Source: Phoronis australis (taxonomy: Eukaryota; Animalia; Phoronida). Taken from it: 64,000 nt of DNA. Below, in pieces: positions 1-11,800 of the stretch. Each line of letters begins with the position of its first letter. Within the stretch, counting starts at the first letter, position 1. The stretch is taken from assembly GCA_002633005.1 (NCBI GenBank), contig NMRA01000084.1:961267-1025266 (forward strand). Reading direction: 5' to 3'. A program made the position numbers and the translations under genes. Below the pieces are notes generated by a model. That model made no database searches, was not told the DNA's origin, and worked only from the letters and a program-made list of their open reading frames with translations.

Positions 1-960
1 GATGCCAGTTTCTTTTGGCATGAAATCTTTCATGTTCGAGTCAATAGGCCCCAGCGGGTGGCCTTTGAATTGTCTCTGACAAGTAGAGTCAAGTATTTAT
101 TTCCAATCATTGGTTTAAGTCGTGAGTTCAACAAGTTCTGGCGGAAGAGTGTCGCCAAACTAAGTCTAAAAAGAAGTGTGGAAACTGAATGCGCTTACAA
201 GACTCGACACTTAGCATGTTGTCAACTCACCAAATAAGACCAGGCAAAATTGCCAGGTCACCAAATGGTAAATGAGCTTGACAGAACATGGAAAGTCTGT
301 ATGTCGGGATACTAAAGTCCTGTCCTTGTTAGGTGAGGCATATTTGCAAACGTTTAAACAGGAAAATCGGGACATATGAATAGGGAAGGGACAACTGGAC
401 CAATGTCCGTCAAAACACCTGAAAACGCCCAAGCAGCATTTTGTGTTTTAGTTGAACATGAAATTAGGTATATTTAGGTATATATCGTCTGCGCAGGCGA
501 GACTCAAATTCTCTACAGTCCCAATATCCTACCCTTGTTCACCTGCCACCTGGGGCGGGGGAGCAGATGATCAGAACATGTCTCTAGCATACATCATGGG
601 AGGGTTCTTTCAGTTTTTACCGAATAATTACGAGTACCTTCTTTTACTTCCTGTAGTATATTTGCACAACTGGCTACTTGGGATTTTTATCAGGTCGTCA
701 AAGAAAGTGTGAGGCTGCATTGGCAAGCTGCAGGTTGCCAAATCATGCACTGTCTTGTGTGTTTTATCTGGCCATGGGATAGTTAAATTTTGTTTTAAAT
801 ACAATATTTAGGAAGTTACATACTTGGGGAATAATCTATGGTTTTCTGAAATTATGTGAGGTGTGCTGTATTAGCTTAACATGCTGTTAGTGAATAATAA
901 CTAAAGGTTGGAAGACATTATCATGGTCAGTCAACCTTGTCCTTTGTGTCTCTATTTCAG

Positions 961-1083
961 GTCGCTGAGATGATTCGCTATGTGCTAGATTCCTACACAC
1001 AACCCATTCCAGCTGTTCTAGAGATACCTAGTAAAGACTGTCCGTATGATTCATCTAAAGATTCCATTCTTCGTAGGGCAAAG
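961..1083 (+). CDS. ATP6V1F: V-type proton ATPase subunit F, internal coding exon (partial gene)
   Basis: The exon is bounded by tttcag| and |gtttgt and translates as [41 protein letters not shown]. This matches the conserved [22 protein letters not shown]-terminal motif of V-ATPase F. Upstream exons were not found in the window. The short last exon was not found either and probably lies in the N gap. Confidence 0.93.
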
Positions 1084-1566
1084 GTTTGTTACTCCTGTTA
1101 CATCTGCCTTGTCTAATGACAAATCTTTCTTTCCAGCATAATTTAGAAGCAACAACAATTGATGTAAAGCTACATTACGCCTTGTGTAGCTGGCTAAAAA
1201 ACGAAAATCGAATCCAGCAATTTACTTAAAATCAGTCTCAACATTCCTTACTACGATAGGTTTCCGTTTCTGTTACCAACGCTAGTCACAATTTGCAATA
1301 GGGTTGGCCAACCCATACATGTGCAATTTTGCAATTTTAGTGTTGGCCCACCTGTACATGCATTGCTTTTGAATTCGCAACTTTAGGTTACTTTTTTGTA
1401 ATGCATACACGAGACAGATGTGAATATAGCAAATGATTTGTCCCTTGTGTGGAAAATACACACATTACCATTTGCCCATTTCATCACAACCTTTGTATAC
1501 TATTCCACGGTCAGATTCAGGGTCCTAAGTACTCCCCCCTCCCTGTAGTTGCAACTGCCCCACCTG

Positions 1567-2119
1567 NNNNNNNNNNNNNNNNNNNNNNNNNNNNNNNNNN
1601 NNNNNNNNNNNNNNNNNNNNNNNNNNNNNNNNNNNNNNNNNNNNNNNNNNNNNNNNNNNNNNNNNNNNNNNNNNNNNNNNNNNNNNNNNNNNNNNNNNNN
1701 NNNNNNNNNNNNNNNNNNNNNNNNNNNNNNNNNNNNNNNNNNNNNNNNNNNNNNNNNNNNNNNNNNNNNNNNNNNNNNNNNNNNNNNNNNNNNNNNNNNN
1801 NNNNNNNNNNNNNNNNNNNNNNNNNNNNNNNNNNNNNNNNNNNNNNNNNNNNNNNNNNNNNNNNNNNNNNNNNNNNNNNNNNNNNNNNNNNNNNNNNNNN
1901 NNNNNNNNNNNNNNNNNNNNNNNNNNNNNNNNNNNNNNNNNNNNNNNNNNNNNNNNNNNNNNNNNNNNNNNNNNNNNNNNNNNNNNNNNNNNNNNNNNNN
2001 NNNNNNNNNNNNNNNNNNNNNNNNNNNNNNNNNNNNNNNNNNNNNNNNNNNNNNNNNNNNNNNNNNNNNNNNNNNNNNNNNNNNNNNNNNNNNNNNNNNN
2101 NNNNNNNNNNNNNNNNNNN
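1567..2119. other. Assembly gap (run of N)
   Basis: Directly visible. The poly-X ORFs in the track are artefacts of this gap. Confidence 0.99.
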
Positions 2120-2875
2120 AGGAACAGATAAACTCAAGCGCCTGTGCAGTCAATCACAAGAACAAAAAAATTACGGGTGGTTGCATTTCAAACTTATAAA
2201 AAATTACGGGTGGTAGGCTGAAGAAATAAATGAAAAATATGGGTGGTGGGTGCGCAAAAAAGGTGTCTTCCCCCCCCCCATACAGATTTTACTGGAACAG
2301 CCCTGACTTATCTGAGGGGTCAAGTGCATGGATACAAACATAGTGAAAATGTTCTGAAATTAAGTGAAAAACTGACAAATGCATGTCTGACTTATATTAG
2401 TTTTACTGTCTATTTGTTTGAAATTGTGTAGTGACATTATCTTCTCAAAACTGGTGTTTGGAAGTCTGTAAAAAAACACATCACTGTTGTAAATTTGTAA
2501 AAGCTGGGGTCATAATCTTTTTAGTGAACGGATTGTAATATGAACCGAGACTTATTTGTTACGTTGTGAAATTTATTGGCATTGTGTTGGACATTTAAAC
2601 ATCTACATGCATTGGATTCTTAAGCTTATTTCCTTTTGTTAATAATCTAAATATGGTCATTCAGTTATGGTCCTGGCATTCTTAGGTCAGTGGAACCAGG
2701 CACACTTCGCTTTTAACTTTCCCCAAACCACATGTCATTTGTTGTCCAATAATATATTAGTGTCTTTAACCTTCATTCACATGGCTGCTAACACTCCTTA
2801 TTGTGCATTAAAATTTCACCCATAAAGTTCATTTTATGTCTATACACAACATTGACCTGAGCCTACCCGGCTTAC

Positions 2876-5800
2876 CAGTGAGAATGTTTTTAAACATCAA
2901 AATACCTGAATATCCCAACAATGCTTGTGTACGAGATTCTCTAGGAAAACAAATAATAGCACAACATAGTCATATACTTATGTTGTAGTCACCAAAAATG
3001 CAACGCTTACACCAGGCAAAGATGAGCACGGCGACTTCACATGGAACACAATGTATCATCGCAAATACCGTGAATGCTCGCCTCCTACAATGAGTAGCAT
3101 AACTTAAATAAATGCTAATAATTCATATAGTGTGTCCTGGTTATTTTGAGTGGTGACGTTTTTAATGTGGTCACTTAAACCTCATTGTGCAACCATTAGT
3201 AATTGACAACAGAATTGCAACTATGATATATTCCCAGTATGAAATTCCAAGAGGAAGCGCCACTTTCTTCCAATGGTCATCTCAACTTCCGGTTAGTGAA
3301 CACATGGTGAGCTTCTCAGAAGTAAAACGGTCATCACACCACATTCAATAATGAATTGTGAAATCACAATCAATAGTGACACGTAGTATTGTTGGCCACT
3401 GCTTCTATGCCGAGATCATAAATCTTGTGCACTGAGAATATACAGAGTTGACGGTCCATGTACTATAGTCTATGGTGTAACTTGTTCTGTCTCCATAACC
3501 TACATTGCCATCGATTCACATGCAAAAGGTCACCGTTTTGATGCTGTTTTTCAATTCGTTATTTTCTTTCAACTTGTTATCTCAAAATAAGATTCATGCT
3601 AACGTTTGAAGGCATATTTTCAGTGAAAGTGCACAGTCAACATTTGCAAAAGCTTCTAATACATTAACACCATCATTATGTAACTTGATTGAGCCAGACA
3701 CACAATGTCATCTTGACTCATGAAAATGAACACTTGGTCACTTAAATAACTTGCAACTGTTTTTAGCCCGATCCTAGATGTGACGAGTTGCGCAGTTATA
3801 CAAAAAATTATTGGGGAACTCCCAGGAAAGGAGTTCTATTCCAATTATGATCATGACTTGAGCAGATAATTTGACGTCTGAATTAGTCATTTACTGACAA
3901 ATCTTGTTTATGAGTGATACCAGGAAGACATTACACTTCACTCGATTTACTTGAGAATTTAAAGCTGCTAACTTTTTGAAGCTGCTGTGACACTTGTTGC
4001 TGGGAGTAGATCTTTAGACAAATGGCGGGAAATGAATTCAACTTTATACCTGTATACATACACGAGACTTGGTTATGTTCAAAGTTCCCTGCCCCTTTTC
4101 TCAAGATCAACACAAGCCAACAGGAGTTGCAGGAGCTTGAAAAAGCAGCATCTGACAAAACGTTGCTTTCTCAAATAAGTCTTCAGTCTAATAAAATTTA
4201 TAAATGTGTCTGTATTTAGGGGAGACAAAAGGTTCAGAGTGGTCTCTACTAGAAACATTTGAGTTCCACCATACATCTAGTACCAAGGGACACCCCCCAC
4301 ACACTGCAACTATAAATAGGGATTTTCAAAACGATTACTTTAAATGCATGGGTTTGATACCCTATGACAATTATATCAGTTACCACTATTGAACAACCAT
4401 ACTTATACATTTTTAAGTCAAAATTGATATAATGATATACAATTATTATGTTTTATTTTTTTACATTGAGCAAATGTGTATTGCGTTGTGCTTATTAGAC
4501 AATTGCAGAAGACTAAATGCATTTTTTCTCTTCCTTTATTTTTGAATATATATATATATAACTTAACAACTGTACTGTTCAAGTAAAACCCAGCAAAAGT
4601 GCTACGGGAAGCCTGAGACACTACACATAATAATGCGTCCATTGAATTTTCTAAATGCATAGAGCACAACCACTGCACTTAATAACTCCACTGGGCAGCA
4701 TCCAAGTCATTGTTGTCTCTAAGATTTTCCCTCACAAATACGCTTATGTTGATGACAATATTCTTGCACTTCGTAGCTGCTCCTGTGAAGGTTGAACACT
4801 AGCTAAGCTCACTAGCTGGGCTTGTGTAGGAGTCAACACTTGCGATGCATGCTCATTCCTCCAAGACTCGAGTCTCTCAGCTCCAAGCTCTGACTGTAGT
4901 TTTGCAAGCTTGGAATGGGATTTTTCAACCTCGCGACTCATTCTGAAACGTAGTGGACATTTTATGGTTAAATTTTATTATAACATTAATAACTGAATTG
5001 AATTTCAACTTGAGAATGGTGAAACTTACGATTAAAATGCTTTGTTGTTTTTCTTCAAACTTGGCTGATGCTTCTCATCACAAAGCTATTTGAAGAAAAT
5101 TAATACCAAGATTGTATCTACAACGTACATGTAGTCTACCTCAACTATGAAAAGCATGAGAATTCTTTGGTCATGATTACAATTTCGTACAAGATTTTTT
5201 TCTCACACACTGCAATTCTTTTTTGCAAACATACTATGTCTTTTTCCAAAAATTAACACTATCATTTTCACTCGGTAACTGGAGGCATGAAACAGCACAT
5301 GTTTAGGAGAATGAAGACAGAAATGATGGTATAGAAGAGAATTGGGGTGGTTGGGAATTTAAGCAGCTCATAATACAAGGGTTTTATTCGTGACAACAAA
5401 ACAATCATGGTAGTCAGACAGGAACTTAGGCAGTTTTTTACACAACCTGTTCTGACTAGTCACTGCATCGAGTTTGAATTTTGCCCAGATGAGTTTGGCT
5501 TGCATTGTGTTTGAAAGCCTGTGTGTCGAGTTTTAAGTTCTGGAAGATTAGAAATTTCGGGAAGTTTAGTACCAGCTTAATGCACTTATTCCAAGACGTA
5601 ATACACAAACTCCCCACAATATGGACATGAACTACGTGAATTTTGTAATTTCAATCGAGTTTGAACTATCTGCTGTGGAGAACACTGGAAGGAACAGAGT
5701 GCAAAGTAACACTCTCAGCAAAATCATCCTGAGTGGTAACTGAACCACAGACAACACAGCTTATTTTACAATGCATGAATTAATATAACCAAGGTTTTCT

Positions 5801-7560
5801 GAACTGGATCAACAGGTGTCACACATGACTTAGCTAATAAAGCATATTTAATGCTAGTTTCAAATTTTGAACATTTTCTACTACCACTCATGAAATGGAG
5901 AGAGTTAATAACGTGCACATAGCAACAACCCAACAACACATAATTTATCCTGGGTGTCTATTATTATGTCTACCACCCATCATAAGGGTAATTGTATTCT
6001 GCACAACCCAACTTAATATTAATGTTTCCAGGCAAAAATATACCAAAAATTAATTTTTGTCTATTCTCCCAACAAGCTTTGTCATCTAATGACATACTGG
6101 GCTTGACAGATGCTTTCTATTATTTTGTTGAGATTACAGTGCAATTAGAATACTTTTGAAGCTACCAATAAATGAGATACCTTTGGCTTTCACCTAAAGC
6201 CCTTGCAAAAAAGTGTGCTGTTCGATCTCCATCTATTTCTTCAGTAGGCTCTAACCGACCTTCCTCCTACAAGGGATATGCATAGCCATTGACATATACG
6301 TAAACCAACGAACATCATTATAATTGCTAATTAAATGTGGCTTGGAAAACGTAAATAAATTCAAATTATTCGACATATCCATCATGACTTTCTCACACAA
6401 GAACAACACAGGATGAAGATACGCTGATACGTGAAAACTGTATTATGACAAATATTGCAAATGTCACAGGTCAAACAAAATGTCAAGTAACTGGAGTCTG
6501 TCTGTCTTGGAATGGCTTGGGAATCCAAAGCCTGTAGGTTGCAACAAAATGTTTTCTTTTTTCTCTTTGCAAGAATTGTCTCACATTCACTAACTCCACC
6601 TGAGGCACAGCTGGTGGCCCTCTTGTGTAGTTTGCCAACCGATAGCTACTGCCAGGAGCTAGCTGATGGCAACTTTTTTAGTGAAAACAGAAAACCAGAA
6701 AGACCATTAAAAGTTCAGACTTACCTGTACAATGAAGTTAAATTAAATCCTATTTCCAGACAGTACAATTTACTTGACCCCAAGATAAAAATTGTCAGTT
6801 GACAGCCATATTTTCTTAAGGCCAAGGTCAGCTGACATATCATTTGTATATTTTTAAATACACAGAACATAAAACACTGAAAAGGGGATAAAAAAATTTC
6901 TGCAGTGTATTTATATCCAAACTATTATTCAGCGGCAACTGTTTCCATACACATTGTTTAAAATATTTTTTCAATCAAAAGGTAACCCGGTCGAAACGCA
7001 TTCGCCTTGGGTGTCCATTAGTAATATGCTGCCTTGATTCCAAAAAGGGTCTCTGCTTGAACCCCAAACATGACAATTGTACCCCATTTAAAAAAGCTGT
7101 GAAGAATATGCAGTTCTCACATTTCTGGCTTCACTTCATCATCACCCACCAGTTTACTGTTGGGTGACAACATTTGTCACACACAAACTTAGTGTGAAAT
7201 ATATAACTCCAAGCTTTCAAGTTGAGCATAAGCAGTGCGTGTGCAGTCAAGGACTAGATAGTAGCCAGCCAGCTAGCTGTATGAAGACTGTCGTCAAAAT
7301 AAAGATAGGCACCACTGTGTAGACCCCGAAATTGCACACAGCCAGGGCAGTTCTGCTCGTCACCTCGCCGTGAACCTTGTATAAACATGTAAAGCTAAAG
7401 ACGGGACGGGGTGCATGCAAAATCTGGGAATCAACCGACACTCACCTTGCTCGTTACAGCCGTTTAAGTGAAAAACAATGCAATAAACGTGATTTTCTTG
7501 CATAACTCTCTGCCTTTTCTAACAATGAGTACGCTCGTGTCACTCGCATGCGCCATTTCC
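2876..7560 (-). pseudogene. Decayed multi-exon coding relic or spliced non-coding transcript of unknown identity
   Basis: Several minus-strand exon-like blocks have AG/GT ends. Examples: 6181-6266 (EEGRLEPTEEIDGDRTAHFFARALGESQ) and 4744-4942 (MSREVEKSHSKLAKLQSELGAERLESWRNEH..., coiled-coil-like). Donors occur near 7445, 6724, 5029, 3010 and 2876. Phases are inconsistent and in-frame stops are present. No family was recognised. Confidence 0.3.
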
Positions 7561-8313
7561 TAAATTTTTGCGACATCTCTTGGGAGAAGGTAGTTTGGCA
7601 GCAAAATTTCTTCTGAAATTCGGTTTTTCGGTATCAAAATTCTAAAAACTTATAACGAAATGAAACCAGTTCCGATAATTTGTTGTGGCATGTATACAAC
7701 CTCGTGAAAGAACAACAATTGATTGAAGAATCGGTGAAAAAAGAAACTGGCCAATAGGTGACACAATATTTCATGGCGCCGAAAGCCGTCACTAAAGATC
7801 ACTCCACAGCTTTAGCAGCAGAATAACGGTAGAACGCCATTTTTTCCAACACCGTTAAATGATTTCGTTCACTCAAGGAAGACTGTAGCTGTATATTTAG
7901 TATACAGCTTTGTACCAAGGCTAACTAGATAGGAACAGTGGCACAATATAGGGTATAGTGCAAACGTGCATTTTAAAATGGGAAACTCGTTTAACCTCAT
8001 GATCATCGCGCGGCCTACACCTGCACCACCGGTTCATGTCGACTTCAAAATCCGTGACCCTGTTTAAGGGATGGTTTACCAACTACTAAACTCTGTCGAG
8101 AGGGAGACTCTGGGTGGTATATTCTCACCAAGGCATAAGGCGACAACAGTCATATGTAATTTCCTAGAGCAAAAATTCAATTACTTGATTATTTTTCTTG
8201 TAACGGAGGGGACAAACTCTGCTTCTCAAATCACCATTCAGACTTCACTTCAACTCTAACCTTTCTTTCTGTTCTTTAACTTCACAGTATTCACATCTAT
8301 TACTCGTATTATA

Positions 8314-8405
8314 TCTGTTTCTGTTGACGAAGGACATTATTATATCATATTATCATATTATATCCGAAAATTTCAGTTGATCCATTCTTCTTGTTTTATT
8401 TACCT
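8314..8405 (+). mobile_element. Dispersed repeat, probable Penelope-like pLTR remnant with degenerate hammerhead core
   Basis: Near-identical to 35211-35284 (tctgtttctgttgac...atccgaaaatttcagttgatccattctt...gttttatttacct). The layout is TGACGA-stem(gga/tcc)-GAAA-palindrome(aaattt)-TC. Confidence 0.5.
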
Positions 8406-8774
8406 TTAGTCGAGTATTCCGAATTGGTTTCACTAAATACAAAACATAAGACGAGTGAAATAAATTCACATGATGCACACCTTTTGCTTTTGATAGTGGC
8501 TCGTAACAAATGTTTCCAGACTTTCATCACAGTCTGTTTTATTCGGCTCAATTTGTTTCCCGTTCCACTCTTCGTCTGCCATTTGTAAACAATATCAAAA
8601 CGAGGCCCATGTAAAGTCACTAATAATCTTTTGGTATAAAATAGTATTTATAGTAAAATATCCTTTCTTGTCAAAAAACAAGATGTTTTTGCTGTGTAGA
8701 ATACAATTGTTGGTATACATTCCAGATACCAAACGTAAATCATCACATTGACCAGAATATGTCAATTTAGTAGG

Positions 8775-8812
8775 ATAAACAAGTTGTTTACTTTGCTCGG
8801 TTGCTACGATGG
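8775..8812 (+). promoter_or_regulatory. Candidate motile-cilia promoter module: two forkhead sites plus a partial RFX X-box
   Basis: ATAAACAA (8775-8782) and TTGTTTAC (8784-8791) are inverted forkhead-type sites. They are followed by CGGTTGCTACG (8798-8808, X-box half-site), about 70-100 nt upstream of the TTC25 ATG. FOXJ1/RFX control of motile-cilia genes is established; function of these particular sites is inferred. Confidence 0.45.
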
Positions 8813-8877
8813 TCAGCCATTTTTGTAACTAGAAAACAAGTGCTCCTCTCGTCTCTTTGCATTCATCAAAGATCATC

Positions 8878-11800
8878 ATGAGTGACAACATATCCGTTGG
8901 CCCAAAGGGCACATATGAAATCTACCGAGCAGAGGGAGAACTGCTTTGTAAGCAAGGAGAATATAGAAAAGCTGCAGAGAGCTACACAATGGTTTGTAAT
9001 CATTAAATGGTGCAATGCCAATCAATGGCATTTGATACCCCCAAGTCCTGAGTGACATCTCATCTGTATAGCAATAAAATACAAATGTGTGGATCGTAAC
9101 TACTATAGCTTCTGTGACAACGTGAACGTTTTCCAACCCTTCCAATGTCTTGATTGATAGTTGGGTTAGAAAGGTCAAGGCAGGTCACAATTTTACCATA
9201 AACCTCAATGCTTGACATTTATCTGACTTGTCCTGGTGACCTAATGAAGATGTTTGTTATACATTATCAGGTTTTAATAGATAAATACATCTATTCCAGT
9301 CTGGGTCAGTCAGACCTCGTCACATTCTATTCATGTTCCCATTAGTGATGCAATTTATTGCCGCCCCAGTCTAGTTGGATAAAGTCAGCAGACAAATAAT
9401 CAATATAAGCTGTTATTAAATATATAGCTTCCTTAATGCACTATTGAAAACTCACAATGAGATTGTTTAATGGGATCGATCTACTTTTATTTAATCACTG
9501 GACTTTGTTTGCATTGGCTGATATTGCAATAATGGGTGGAGAATGGAGGTGTCTGTCAAGTTACATGCATATGAATATAGTGTCATCAAGACTGCCCCTT
9601 AGAGATGGAAATCAATATACCAATAAACTGTGGTTTTATCAGCCTAGTTACACTGGGATGAAAACGAGACTGAACTGAGTTTGCATGGATGTTCTAACTG
9701 AGTGATTTTATTGTTGAAGCTAAGCCAGACTGTGTGTATATTTGTTTGTGAACTTAGCTACTTGATCTCAGCTAGTTTTTGGACGTTGATCAGAGCTCAA
9801 TAGAGGACATTGATAATAACCTGACTGAGAGTTGATTTATAAAATGCCGGGTGCAAAAGCTAATAAGGTTAAAGGTAAGGGCGAAGCACCGGGACAACTG
9901 AAGAAGAAGACCAAGGGTAAGGATGATGACTCTGATGCAGGCAGTGTTGATGGAGCTCATTCGTTTGAGACCCTCCGAGATGAAGCCAGTCATTTCATGC
10001 ATACCTCACAGTTTGACCGTGCCATTGAGGTTTATAACCAGGTAGATGCTATTTGAATTTTATATTCTTATGGTCTTTACTGACATTTCAGTCTCAAATT
10101 AGAATTCATTGAGGTGTTGGGGCTTAGGGTTTGAATTTGGTGCAATGTGCTAATTAGCGGAATTTTTTCTTTGTTTAGGTGGTTAAGACTATTAAGTGGA
10201 AATGAAATGGTATCTTCACCAGATACATGACTCTAAATAATTGAAAGTTAGTGTGTACGTTTTGTTTCAATTTTAATTTTTAATGTTAGGTGGAAATGCA
10301 TATGTCACCTTACTAGTAAGAATTGTACTGAGCTATTACATACTGGGTTACTGTCTCGTGAAAGCAGGATAGTTGTGGGTGTCGTGTAAGAGCTAAATGC
10401 AGAGAAAGGAAATTTGTGCAGACCCATTCTGTAATTAGAAAGTATAAGTTATTGGTGGAATTGTCTTCAAGAATTTATATATTTGTGTAATGTTGTCACT
10501 TCATTTTGAGTTAGTGGAGAACCAGCTTTGTTTACCAGGTAAATGGTTGTCATGAGATAAAAGCGTAGTGTCAGGTACCCATTTTTACATACATTTTCAT
10601 CTCCGTATTAGTATGTATAGATTACGTAATACAAATTGTCTACACATAATATTAAAATAAAAGTACAAACTGTTCCCAGAAACAGCACAAATCTTGGCGT
10701 TAATATCACTATCTACCACCAAACAAAGATGTTCACCACGCTTGCGAGAAGTTTGAAAACGGTTATAAAAGGACACTAGCTAGGATTTGTTTATGTTTAC
10801 TGTTAACTTTGACTTCTTTTTCAGGCCCTGGAGATGAAGCCTGAAGACAAAAACTGTTTGGTTTCTCGCTCCAAATGTTACCTACAGATGGGCAATGCTA
10901 AACTGGCTTTGGAAGATGCTGAGAAGGCTTTGGCGGAAGACAGAGATTTTAACAGAGTAAGAAACTATTATGTCTTGATCAAGTGTCCAATGTTTTACTT
11001 GTGTTCATCTCTTAGTCGTTGTGTTGAGTTTCAAAGTTTCCCAGGTGAGCAGATCCAGTTGTTGTCAGGATGCTTTAAAGACCTCAGCAGCACCATTTAG
11101 GTCAAGCTGAAATTGGCAAATTTTAACTGGAATAAATGGAGGTTGAAGTGGCGAATCTTCCGACCTGTTGAAACTATTGATGACCTCATTCGGTCTATTC
11201 TTTTATTGTGGCATTAGGAAATTTGAATTAGATTGTTTTTAACTTCTAGATGTTTTCCTTCACTCACTGACTAGTTAACTCGCAAAATGGTCGTCCATGA
11301 ATGTTTAATTGTTAAATCTATTTACTGTCTGCTGAAACCACAACATTTCATTCATGTTGACTAAATGCTTATAATTCTCATGAAATTTACAATTATTCCA
11401 TTTGGTATAAGAAAACGTGTCACAAATATACTCATTGATACCATGTAGCATTCGTGTTGCCACATACCACCACACGTGGGACATTCAGATGTCCCGTGGG
11501 AGAATGAAGTGACCCATGCGGGGAAATTCCATTTGTCCCAAAGAACATGAGCGTTAATTATAGCTATTTATTTTTTAGGCAAATTTTATATTGAAACAAA
11601 ATCACACTAACAAAATCAATCTATTTTATCCACTTTCAACTGATTTGGGTCGAAAAACTTTTGAGACGTATGAGAAATCTCATTTCATTAGAATGAGAAT
11701 GCATTATGTATAATTAGGAATGCTCCCTTGTTCTCTTATGAAAAGTGTTTCGCCCGAAACATGACCCGAAATGATTTGTCTTGAAAGATGGTGTTGCATG

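Noticed and set aside
1449-2216. Four long ORFs of more than 200 aa
   Set aside because: They are made of X residues from the N gap.
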